Below, in pieces: positions 1-8,146 of a stretch of DNA of 37,081 nucleotides. Within the stretch, counting starts at the first letter, position 1. Each line of letters begins with the position of its first letter. Below the pieces are notes generated by a model, which worked only from the letters and a program-made list of their open reading frames with translations, did no database searches and was not told where the DNA came from. Origin of the DNA: a virus (Duplodnaviria > Caudoviricetes); IMG/VR virus record IMGVR_UViG_3300025639_000008, positions 1 through 37,081 of that record. One strand, 5' to 3'. Position numbers and translations under genes: made by a program.

Positions 1-272
1 GCAGGTTTGCGGATTAGGACAGCACCATGGCATAGGCTCAAGGCCTGGTTTTTCCTGCTGGTCACTACTGAAACCGTGTGGTTGCCTAGGATTATTGAGC
101 ATGTCACGCCATTTGTTGCGAGGCTTAGATTTGGATCAATCGGGGAGGTGATCCCTGTTGCTGCACCACCAGCTTATTATTATCTAATTTTACAAAAAGG
201 ATGTAACAACAGTAGTACACACAAAACAGCCATCATGGAGCAGTATAACAATGATGTTATTTTTCAAACAGT

Positions 273-301
273 TTGATTTTTTTATAGATAAGCGCGATAA
301 T
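273..301 (+). promoter_or_regulatory. Putative host sigma70-type promoter for the regulator-integrase-tRNA unit
   Basis: TTGATT (273-278), 17-bp spacer, GATAAT (296-301) in an AT-rich non-coding stretch about 100 bp upstream of the 405 start. A palindrome ATAACA-ATGA-TGTTAT (245-260) lies just upstream. Confidence 0.45.
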
Positions 302-404
302 CACGACATATATGTAATGTACGATAGCGATATAAGAACTCTTTTGATCCGTATCGGAAAGAGAGAGGTCTGGATAAGTCGCAGAGTATCATCGGGAGGG
401 TATT

Positions 405-812
405 GTGAACGTAACAACAAAGGGGCAGATCAAGATCCCAAGTGTGAACCAGGAGAAACTGGAGAAACTGCTAGGGTTGATCAGTGAAGTCCAAACGCTC
501 AACAGTGAGATACAACTTCAGACGCTCAAGACATTGCTCTTGACTGCGAAGATGAATCTCAACAGTGAGCAGGATGAGCAGGACTTTAATGGTCGTAAGC
601 TGCCTACAATAAAGAATCTAGCCACCAGTATCAACACTCATTCAGGTGCTGCAACTGGCCGTAACGTCATGTATTTTACTGAAGATGGTAGCATTCGTGG
701 CAAAGCTCTCCTGGTGACAGGCGAGAGGCGAGATAGAAAGATTGAGAAGATAGTCCATGTCACTGATGAGGGTGATGCCTTTATCAACCGACTCCTGGAC
801 TTTATTAAGTAA
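405..812 (+). CDS. Putative MarR-like winged-helix transcriptional regulator (candidate repressor)
   Basis: GTG start after GGAGG. 135 aa with a wHTH-like pattern (TIKNLA...SGAATGRNV...DRKIEKIVHVTDEG). Position directly upstream of the integrase matches MarR-like genes of temperate marine T7-like phages. Confidence 0.6.
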   Translation: MNVTTKGQIKIPSVNQEKLEKLLGLISEVQTLNSEIQLQTLKTLLLTAKMNLNSEQDEQDFNGRKLPTIKNLATSINTHSGAATGRNVMYFTEDGSIRGKALLVTGERRDRKIEKIVHVTDEGDAFINRLLDFIK

Positions 813-839
813 GTAACCTTAAAAGAGGAGGGCATAGTT

Positions 840-1898
840 ATGCCAGTATCAAAGAGAGGAAACGGGTATCAAGCAGTTGTTAATAACAAATACGAACGTT
901 ATCGTAGACAGTTTAATAACGAACATGATGCCGAGATGTGGTGCCTAGAGCTACGTAAAGCGTTGCGTAATGGAGACCCTGTAGGTCATCTCATAGAAGA
1001 TCAGAACGCCTCACCAGCAGCCTCCAGAGCAGCCAAAAGCTACCGCCTGGATAAGGTGCTTGACAACACCTACAAGATGTATTGGGCTGACAAGGCATCA
1101 GCTAAGGATGCTCGTAGAAAGATCAGTGAACTTTTAAATTTCTATGGTCATAACGCAAACGTTAGGGATGTTACCACACTAAGCATGGATGATTTTGTAA
1201 TACAGTGTAAGAGTATGGGTAACAGTGGCGCTACTTGTAATCGTAAGCTAGCTGTCTTGTCAAAAGCTCTTAAGTACGCTGTTGAGCGTGACATCTTGCC
1301 CAAGAAGCCTGTGATACCTTTTGAAACGGAATCGAAAGGGCTGACCGTTTATGTTGAACCACCTCAGGAGAGGAAGTTCATTGAGACATTAACGCATTGG
1401 GGTGATCGCTTTATGTTGGATGCCTACATTATTCTGGTGGACACTGGACTACGCAAGAGTGAGTTCCTGAAGATTCGCAAGAAGCATGTTAAGGAAGGTA
1501 TGCTTGAAATAGGCTACGACTACAAAACTAAGAATGGAGAGCCTCGCACCATAGCCCTCACTGAACGCGCATTGAAGATCCTCAAGCGTAGGGGTGAGAA
1601 GCTCAAGGGCAGTGACTACTTGTTTGATGTGAGTGTCAACACATTGGACAGGCGCTGGCAACGTATACGAGGTGCGCTATCTTTTGGTGACATTAAGATA
1701 CACACCTTACGTCATACTACTGCGTCCCGTTTAGCTCAAAAAGGGGCATCAATGCAGACGATTATGTCGTGGATGGGCCACAAGGACATCAAGACGACAA
1801 TGCGCTACCAGCACTTGTGTCCTGACAATATGATAGGTGCTAAAAAAATACTAGATAAAATGATATTATCTATTGCAGAGCCTGAGGAAGTTGCGTAA
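840..1898 (+). CDS. int: Tyrosine integrase
   Basis: Catalytic motifs DTGLRKSE, KTKNG, HTLRHT, MGHKD and TMRY; N-terminal arm-binding-like segment; RBS GAGGAGG. Confidence 0.95.
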   Translation: MPVSKRGNGYQAVVNNKYERYRRQFNNEHDAEMWCLELRKALRNGDPVGHLIEDQNASPAASRAAKSYRLDKVLDNTYKMYWADKASAKDARRKISELLNFYGHNANVRDVTTLSMDDFVIQCKSMGNSGATCNRKLAVLSKALKYAVERDILPKKPVIPFETESKGLTVYVEPPQERKFIETLTHWGDRFMLDAYIILVDTGLRKSEFLKIRKKHVKEGMLEIGYDYKTKNGEPRTIALTERALKILKRRGEKLKGSDYLFDVSVNTLDRRWQRIRGALSFGDIKIHTLRHTTASRLAQKGASMQTIMSWMGHKDIKTTMRYQHLCPDNMIGAKKILDKMILSIAEPEEVA

Positions 1899-1922
1899 TA
1901 TTCGCTCCGTCCTAAGGGCAAC

Positions 1923-2007
1923 GCGACTGTGGTGAAATTGGTATACACGCCGGATTTAGGTTCCGGTGCCGCAAGGCGTGAGAGTTCGAGTCTCTCCAGT
2001 CGCACCA
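1923..2007 (+). tRNA. tRNA-Leu, anticodon UAG, with encoded CCA
   Basis: Acceptor stem GCGACTG/CAGTCGC plus ACCA; D-loop AATTGGTA; anticodon arm CCGGA-TTTAGGT-TCCGG; long variable arm GCC-GCAA-GGC; T arm GAGAG-TTCGAGT-CTCTC. Confidence 0.97.
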
Positions 2008-2035
2008 TCTTTTTAACAGTATTAAAGATGTTTTA
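2006..2035 (+). terminator. Possible weak terminator after the tRNA
   Basis: CATCTTT (2006-2012) and AAAGATG (2024-2030) inverted repeat followed by TTTTA. The stem is AT-rich. Confidence 0.3.
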
Positions 2036-2053
2036 TCCAGCCCCCACTTGTGG

Positions 2054-2302
2054 TGTGGCGAATGGTGGCGAATGAGTCACCACATGGGTAGGGGAACCCC
2101 AAGAGATCCTAATGAAATCAATAGGTTATCATTAGAATCACTGGATTTAGGTTCCCCCTCCCTTCTATAACGTTATCATTTACGTATACACTGTAAGGCC
2201 TGTAGCCAATAGTGTTGTAGTGGATTACATCCATAACCCTAACGTTATAATTTACGTTATTTGCCACAAGATCTGCATTTTGTGGCGAATCTTGTGGCGA
2301 AT
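2054..2302. other. attP-like phage attachment site (core, arm-type repeats, IHF site)
   Basis: Core GGATTTAGGTTCC (2143-2155) is identical to tRNA positions 1952-1964. GTGGCGAAT repeats at 2055-2063, 2065-2073, 2282-2290 and 2294-2302, plus an inverted variant ATTTGCCACA (2259-2268). Perfect IHF consensus WATCAANNNNTTR = AATCAATAGGTTA (2116-2128). Lies between int and the RNAP gene. Confidence 0.85.
2168..2257. repeat. Two 18-bp direct repeats containing the palindrome TAACGTTA (candidate operator or excisionase sites)
   Basis: TAACGTTATCATTTACGT (2168-2185) and TAACGTTATAATTTACGT (2240-2257), 1 mismatch. A related GTAACGTTAC is at 4844-4853. Confidence 0.7.
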
Positions 2303-2322
2303 AAAGAACGTACCCAATAGCC
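2302..2322 (+). promoter_or_regulatory. Putative phage-RNAP promoter, copy 1
   Basis: TAAAGAACGTACCCAATAGCC; 19/21 identical to 4858-4878; intergenic, upstream of the RNAP gene. Confidence 0.6.
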
Positions 2323-2370
2323 CCACCCTGGGTTCACATTAGTATTCTTTAGTATGAGAGGAAGGGAAGA

Positions 2371-4833
2371 ATGAATCTATTTGATGAGCAGTTAGAGCTT
2401 GAGAGAGAAATGGTTGACAGTGGTGTCAGCCGATACTGGAGGGATGTGAATAAGCTGAAAGAGAAGAACAATGAGGGGTCAACAGCATACGGTCTACTAC
2501 TGATGAAGAATACAGTAGACAAGGTGGCTGATCATCTGAACAAAGAGTTGTTGAAGGTCATGGGTGGCAAGGCTAGGTCAAAGGCCTCTGCGTACATGTA
2601 TCTGTCCTGCCTTGACATTCATGTCTGCTCATACATTGGTTTACGTATCGTAGTGAACTCACTGAGCAACCAGAAGGCGTCACTAACAAGGACTTGCAAA
2701 GACATAGGCGAGGCCATTCACGATCAGTATGTCATTGATGCTTTTGAGAAGAAGAATAAGATGTGGTACAAGTCAACGAAATCTCACGCAATAAGACGTA
2801 CATGTGATCGACAACATCAGAAGATGGCACTGGTCACAGCAGCGGGTAAGGCTGGTACAGAATACGATCAGTGGGGGAAGCAAGCTCATTACCACATTGG
2901 CTCTAAGGTGGTGGATGCAATTATACAATCAACAGGCATAGTGAAGCTGGTGACTATTCGCATGAAGAATGGCCCTAAGACTAAGCATGTCCTTAGAGCT
3001 GCACCAGAGACCCTAGAGTGGGTCAACAAGGTCAATGAGAATGGAGAAGCTCTTGCACCTGAAGCCTTACCCTTCATCGTACCACCTAAACCCTGGCTGT
3101 CAGTCAACAGGGGAGTAGCCCACTCCCAGCACTTTGTTCAGAAGTTCAAGCTCATCAAGACTCGCAACAACAACTTGATTGAAGAACTATCTGGTGATCC
3201 GAGCCTCAAACCCACCATTGATGCCGTAAATACCCTAATGGCAACACCCTTTAAGATCAATCAAAGAATCATTGAGATTCAAAAGGCTTGCTGGGAGAGT
3301 GGACAGAAGTGGCAGGACATCCCACCTAAGGGAGACTATCCTCTACCACCGTCACCTTTCCCTAACAGACCAACACGAGAACTCAATGAGGATGAGTTAG
3401 TAGTCCTAAGAAAATTCAAGCACCAGCGCGTAGAGATCTACACCAAGAATGCTCAACTGGCATCCAAGCGTTTTGCTTTTGTGAAGTCCCTGAAGACAGC
3501 TACCCGTTTCTCAAAGTATGAGCGTATCTACTTCCCTTGGCAGCTTGACTTCAGAGGTAGAGCATACCCTTGGGTTACATACCTCTCTCCTCAGGGCAGT
3601 AAGAACATCAAGGCCATGCTCCTGTTTGCCAATGGTAAGCCCTTGGGTGACACAGGCGTTAGGTGGTTAGCTATTCACGGATCTAACTGTTGGGGCGAAG
3701 ACAAGGTTAGCTTTGATGATCGGGTAAAGTACATTGACAATATGGAGGAAGAGATCAAGGCCTATGCCAGTGACCCCCTGGAACACAAGGGTTGGCAACA
3801 AGCAGATGATCCTTGGAACTTCTTAGCGTTCTGCTTTGAGTGGGCTGAGTATCTTGAGCAAGGCCCAAGTTTCGTGAGTCATATATCTGTGGCACTTGAC
3901 GGATCGAACAATGGTCTTCAACATTTCTCTGCAATCATGCGAGATCCAGAGGGAAGTAGGGCAACAAACATCATTCCCCAAGAGATACCTGAGGACATCT
4001 ATAAGGATGTTGCTAGGATCGTTCAGAACAAGCTACAAGAAGAGGAAACGGCTCACCCCTATGCACAGCATTGGTTAGACTTCGGTGTCACTAGGAGCCT
4101 CACAAAGCGTCCTACAATGGTGCTTGTCTATGGCGCTACTTTGTTCTCATGTAGAGACTATGTTCAGGAGTATGTGGATGAGCAGGTAGAGGCGGGAGTC
4201 TACAATCCCTTCAGGGATGAAGTCTTCAAAGCAGCTATCATGTATCTGGCTAAGTTGGTCTGGTCATCTATTGGTGACTGTGTGACCAAGGCTAAGGAGT
4301 GTATGTCCTGGATACAATCTGTTGCAAGGTTGGTGGCTAAGGAAAACTTGCCGATGATTTGGACTACACCAAGCGGCTTCAAGGTATTTCAACAGTACCC
4401 TAATTATAAAGTGATGAGGATTCAGACCCACATTGACGGGTCTTTATTACGTCCTAGGGACAAGATACCGAACTACAATAAGATTGACAAACACCGCAAC
4501 GCCAATGGTGCCAGCCCTAATTTTGTGCATTCCATGGACTCATCTGCAATGATGCTCTGCATATTACAAGCAAGAGAAGAGGGTTTAACAGCAAGAGAAG
4601 AGGGTATCACTGACTACTGGATGATACACGACAGCTTTGGCACTCATGCGTGTAATGCAGGGAAGCTCCAGGTGGCAATAAAGACCAGCTTCTACAAAAT
4701 GTACAATGAGAATGATGTGCTGGAACAGTTCCGTAATGCAGCGCTTGAGGTAGTTGATGAAGTCCCCTTACCACCAGCGCGTGGTGACCTGGATCTTTCA
4801 ACTGTTTTAAAGTCTGATTACTTTTTCGCTTAA
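2371..4833 (+). CDS. T7-like single-subunit DNA-directed RNA polymerase
   Basis: Motifs LDFRGRAY, DGSNNGLQHFS (A), RSLTKRPTMVLVYG (B), PNFVHSMD, IHDSFGTH (C) and C-terminal YFFA. Confidence 0.98.
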   Translation: MNLFDEQLELEREMVDSGVSRYWRDVNKLKEKNNEGSTAYGLLLMKNTVDKVADHLNKELLKVMGGKARSKASAYMYLSCLDIHVCSYIGLRIVVNSLSNQKASLTRTCKDIGEAIHDQYVIDAFEKKNKMWYKSTKSHAIRRTCDRQHQKMALVTAAGKAGTEYDQWGKQAHYHIGSKVVDAIIQSTGIVKLVTIRMKNGPKTKHVLRAAPETLEWVNKVNENGEALAPEALPFIVPPKPWLSVNRGVAHSQHFVQKFKLIKTRNNNLIEELSGDPSLKPTIDAVNTLMATPFKINQRIIEIQKACWESGQKWQDIPPKGDYPLPPSPFPNRPTRELNEDELVVLRKFKHQRVEIYTKNAQLASKRFAFVKSLKTATRFSKYERIYFPWQLDFRGRAYPWVTYLSPQGSKNIKAMLLFANGKPLGDTGVRWLAIHGSNCWGEDKVSFDDRVKYIDNMEEEIKAYASDPLEHKGWQQADDPWNFLAFCFEWAEYLEQGPSFVSHISVALDGSNNGLQHFSAIMRDPEGSRATNIIPQEIPEDIYKDVARIVQNKLQEEETAHPYAQHWLDFGVTRSLTKRPTMVLVYGATLFSCRDYVQEYVDEQVEAGVYNPFRDEVFKAAIMYLAKLVWSSIGDCVTKAKECMSWIQSVARLVAKENLPMIWTTPSGFKVFQQYPNYKVMRIQTHIDGSLLRPRDKIPNYNKIDKHRNANGASPNFVHSMDSSAMMLCILQAREEGLTAREEGITDYWMIHDSFGTHACNAGKLQVAIKTSFYKMYNENDVLEQFRNAALEVVDEVPLPPARGDLDLSTVLKSDYFFA

Positions 4834-4857
4834 CCTTATAACTGTAACGTTACAAAT

Positions 4858-4878
4858 TAAAGAACGTACCCATAAGCC
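4858..4878 (+). promoter_or_regulatory. Putative phage-RNAP promoter, copy 2
   Basis: TAAAGAACGTACCCATAAGCC directly after the RNAP stop and ahead of the replication module, the usual position of the first class II promoter. Confidence 0.65.
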
Positions 4879-4909
4879 AAAAGAACCATTTTACAGGGGA
4901 GTACGAATA

Positions 4910-5029
4910 ATGCTTGAACGAGCAATATCAATTCTACGAGAGGGAAATCCTCTACCTTGCGACTTGATCGCTGACTTACTGAATGAAGGTTATGACGTAT
5001 CAGTGATTGAACGCAAGTATTCAATTTAA
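4910..5029 (+). CDS. Small hypothetical protein (39 aa; not in the ORF track)
   Basis: GGGGAG RBS then ATG; MLERAISILREGNPLPCDLIADLLNEGYDVSVIERKYSI; fills the gap between the promoter and SSB. Confidence 0.65.
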   Translation: MLERAISILREGNPLPCDLIADLLNEGYDVSVIERKYSI

Positions 5030-5062
5030 TTAAAACCATTACACAAAAGGGTATTCAACCAA

Positions 5063-5695
5063 ATGGCAACACTACAGAAAATCACAACACCCGCTGGCTC
5101 TGCGAACTGGGCTAAGTTGATCACACCTGACACCAAATTCAATGCAGATGGTGAGTATAAGGTGAATCTTCTTATCCGTGAAGACGCAGCAGAGGCTCTA
5201 ACAACACAGTTAGACAAGCTGGTGGACATGGCATTTGCAAAAGAAGTCAAGCGTAATCCTAAACTCAAAACCAAGTTGACCAAACGCCCGCCTTATCAGG
5301 AAGTGTTGGATGACGAGGGTAATGAGACCGGAGACCTTGAGTTCAAATTTAAGTTAAAGGCTGTGGTGAACTGCAAGGATGGCAGCTCATTCACTCAAAA
5401 ACCTGTGCTTTATGACGCAAAAGGTAAACCACTTATGGATGACATCAGTGTTGGGAATGGCTCAAAGATCAAAGTGGCCTTTGAACCCATCCCTTACATG
5501 ATGGCATCTACCAAACAAGTATCACTGAGTCTACGCATGAAAGCGGTGCAGATCATTGACCTACAGGAGTATAAGGCTGGGGGTAATGCAGATTCATTCG
5601 GCTTCAGTGAAGAGGAAGGATATGAAGCAACAGCAACGAAAACGGACGAAAGTAACAGCACCGAAAAGGAAGACTTTGACGACATCGACTTCTGA
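5063..5695 (+). CDS. Single-stranded DNA-binding protein (T7 gp2.5-like)
   Basis: TTPAG..WAKLITPDTKF...GEYKV, VGNGSKIKVAF, LRMKAVQIIDL and an acidic tail ending in DF. Confidence 0.93.
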   Translation: MATLQKITTPAGSANWAKLITPDTKFNADGEYKVNLLIREDAAEALTTQLDKLVDMAFAKEVKRNPKLKTKLTKRPPYQEVLDDEGNETGDLEFKFKLKAVVNCKDGSSFTQKPVLYDAKGKPLMDDISVGNGSKIKVAFEPIPYMMASTKQVSLSLRMKAVQIIDLQEYKAGGNADSFGFSEEEGYEATATKTDESNSTEKEDFDDIDF

Positions 5696-6056
5696 TACCA
5701 ACAAGTACCGATCCAAACTGGAAGAACGAGTAGCCAGTGACTTACATAAGCGGGGCGTTGAGTTCCGCTATGAAGATGAACGGATTGAGTACAAGGTTGT
5801 TCGTAACTATAAGCCGGACTTCCAGCTTCCCAACGGTATTTACGTTGAAGCGAAGGGATACTTCAAATCAGAAGATCAGAGAAAAATGAGAAATCTGAAA
5901 GCACAGCATCCAGACAAGGATTTTAGGATGTTGTTTCAGAACGCCAAGGGCAAAGTCCAGGGATCTAAGATGACCAACATTGCGTGGTGTCAGAAGTACG
6001 ATTACCCATGGTGTGAAGCCCTTGTTCCTGAGGAGTGGATCAATGAAAACACGTAA
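5676..6056 (+). CDS. Endonuclease I / Holliday junction resolvase (T7 gp3-like)
   Basis: YRSKLE, YKPDF and YVEAKGYF motifs. Start placed at TTG 5676 after AAGGA, rather than 5556. Confidence 0.93.
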   Translation: MTTSTSDTNKYRSKLEERVASDLHKRGVEFRYEDERIEYKVVRNYKPDFQLPNGIYVEAKGYFKSEDQRKMRNLKAQHPDKDFRMLFQNAKGKVQGSKMTNIAWCQKYDYPWCEALVPEEWINENT

Positions 6057-6471
6057 CAAAACGGACTTCATCGTGATTCATTGTGCCGCTACTAAACCCA
6101 GCATGGACATAGGTCGAAAGGAGATTGACCAGTGGCATAGGCGTAGGGGGTGGCTAGGGATTGGCTACCACTACGTCATCAGGCGTGATGGAACCATTGA
6201 AGTAGGGCGTAACTGGGATGCTGTAGGGGCGCATGTTCGCTCCTTCAATAACAACTCAGTAGGTATCTGTCTGGTGGGTGGATTGGATGAAGAAGGTGAG
6301 GTTGATGTGAATTACACGCAGCCTCAGTTCGACACCCTTGATGCCCTGACCACCACATTGACACGGATGTTTCCTAATGCCTCTGTGGTTGGTCATACAG
6401 ATCTCGACAGTCATAAAACATGTCCAAACTTTGAGGTATCAGAATGGTGGAATCAAGTGAAGGATGGGTAG
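6043..6471 (+). CDS. N-acetylmuramoyl-L-alanine amidase (T7 gp3.5 lysozyme-like)
   Basis: IVIHCAAT, IGYHYVIRRDG, GAHV, SVGICLVGG and GH...KTCP Zn ligands. ATG 6043 follows GAGGAG. Confidence 0.95.
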   Translation: MKTRNKTDFIVIHCAATKPSMDIGRKEIDQWHRRRGWLGIGYHYVIRRDGTIEVGRNWDAVGAHVRSFNNNSVGICLVGGLDEEGEVDVNYTQPQFDTLDALTTTLTRMFPNASVVGHTDLDSHKTCPNFEVSEWWNQVKDG

Positions 6472-8126
6472 CAACACGCTTACCCTGTCCAAAGTGCGAT
6501 AGTTCAGATGCGTACAGTATCAATGATCGTGATTGGGGTCACTGCTTTTCTTGTGGTGCCAATGTACCACCGGAAGATGGTGAGGACACTGAACCATTCA
6601 TGGATGAAATAACCAGCCCAGGCCTTATTCATAAAGGGAATGCACAAGCCTTAGCAAAGCGTAAGCTGTCCGAACAGACTTGCAAGAAGTGGGACTACAC
6701 AGTCTCAAAGCACAAGGGCGTGACTTGTCAAGTTGCCAACTACAAGGATGCTAGTGGCACGACTGTCGCTCAGAAGATCCGCTATCCTGATAAAACCTTT
6801 ACCTTTCTTGGGGACACTAAAGCAGCCGGACTTTATGGTGAGTGGCTCTGGCGAGATAAGGGTAAACAGGTAGTTATCTGCGAGGGTGAGTTGGACGCGT
6901 TAAGCATAAGCCAGGGTTGCTTCAACAACAAATGGCCCGTTGTGTCCGTACCCAATGGAGCTAATGCAACCAAGGCTATCAAGAAATCTCTTGAGTGGCT
7001 TCTTGGCTTTGAGACCGTCATCTTCTGCTTCGACAACGACCAGCCAGGTATGGAAGGAGCCAAAGCCTGTGCAGCACTACTACCACCCCGCAGGGCCAAG
7101 ATCGCTAGGCTTCCACTTAAGGACGCTAACGAGATGCTTCAAGCAGGGCGAGTAGCTGAACTCACAGATGCCATATGGGGAGCAAAGGAATACGCACCGG
7201 ATGGGATTGTAAATGGTTCTGCTATTTGGGAACGGTTGATCAATAGACCATCTGTAACCAGTTACGCCTATCCAGATTTTATGGAAAAAATGAATCAGAA
7301 AACCTTTGGCATTCGCATGGGTGAGCTGGACACTTTCACATCAGGCTCTGGAATGGGCAAGACAACTATCATCAAGCAGTTGCAGCACCACTTCCATGAA
7401 ACGACAGGCTTTAACCAAGCCCTAATCCATCTTGAAGAAACTCTTGAGGACACCGCTGAAGGTCTCATGGGTATCCATATGGGTAAGCGGTTAAACCTTC
7501 CGAACATCCGTGAGACAGTCACTGAGGCTGAGCTAGCTGTAGCCTATGCAGAGACCTTTGGAGCAACAGACCCCGAAGGGAACTTTAGGCTTAATCTCTA
7601 TGATGCTTTCGGCAGTCTTGAGGAGGGTGACTTGTACAACAAGATCCGATACTTCGCCCATGGTCTGGATTGCAAGATCATCTGGATTGATCATTTAAAC
7701 ATCCTGGTATCAGGTTTAGGAGGAGAAGGTGATGAGCGAAGAATTATTGATAGCATTATGCACAATCTTAAATCTCTTACTGTTGAGCTTGGGATTTACA
7801 TTGGCCTTATCGTACACCTCAAAAAAGCCCCGCAGGGAAGAAGTTTTGAAGAAGGTTATGTACCGAATCTTGACGATCTCCGTGGTTCTGGTGGCATTAA
7901 ACAACTTTCTAATTCAGTTTTTGCTCTAAGTAGAAATCAACAGGAACTCAATGATGTCGCTAGGAACACTAGCCTCATTACGGTTCTTAAGTGTCGCTAT
8001 ACCGGACGCACTGGCGCAGCCGACTACCTCCTCTTTGATGAGAACACAGGGCGCATGGTGCAGGGCAGTGATCCTGAACTACTTCCAGAAGACGATAGCC
8101 CACTAGTCCATTCGGACGACTTTTAA
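6444..8126 (+). CDS. DNA primase-helicase (T7 gp4-like)
   Basis: Zn finger CPKC...HCFSC, TOPRIM CEGELD/FDND/KDANE, Walker A SGSGMGKTT, IDHL and DLRGSG. Confidence 0.97.
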   Translation: MVESSEGWVATRLPCPKCDSSDAYSINDRDWGHCFSCGANVPPEDGEDTEPFMDEITSPGLIHKGNAQALAKRKLSEQTCKKWDYTVSKHKGVTCQVANYKDASGTTVAQKIRYPDKTFTFLGDTKAAGLYGEWLWRDKGKQVVICEGELDALSISQGCFNNKWPVVSVPNGANATKAIKKSLEWLLGFETVIFCFDNDQPGMEGAKACAALLPPRRAKIARLPLKDANEMLQAGRVAELTDAIWGAKEYAPDGIVNGSAIWERLINRPSVTSYAYPDFMEKMNQKTFGIRMGELDTFTSGSGMGKTTIIKQLQHHFHETTGFNQALIHLEETLEDTAEGLMGIHMGKRLNLPNIRETVTEAELAVAYAETFGATDPEGNFRLNLYDAFGSLEEGDLYNKIRYFAHGLDCKIIWIDHLNILVSGLGGEGDERRIIDSIMHNLKSLTVELGIYIGLIVHLKKAPQGRSFEEGYVPNLDDLRGSGGIKQLSNSVFALSRNQQELNDVARNTSLITVLKCRYTGRTGAADYLLFDENTGRMVQGSDPELLPEDDSPLVHSDDF

Positions 8127-8146
8127 ACAAAAAGGAATACAAGACT

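Noticed and set aside
7-487. ORFs 7..276 and 251..487
   Set aside because: No recognisable motifs. They overlap an AT-rich promoter-like region and the better-supported gene at 405.
1923-2007. tRNA as a host/prophage junction (attL or attR)
   Set aside because: Phage genes lie on both sides and arm repeats flank the separate core on both sides, which fits an unintegrated attP.
1805-2008. Minus-strand ORF MVRLERLELSRLAAPEPKSG...
   Set aside because: Typical spurious translation of a tRNA antisense strand.
2054-2302. GTGGCGAAT repeats as a CRISPR array
   Set aside because: Only 9-10 bp, irregularly spaced, and no cas genes; they fit integrase arm sites.
6947-6954. Extra CGTACCCA match
   Set aside because: Inside the primase VSVPNG coding motif and lacks the A-rich upstream flank and the downstream AG.
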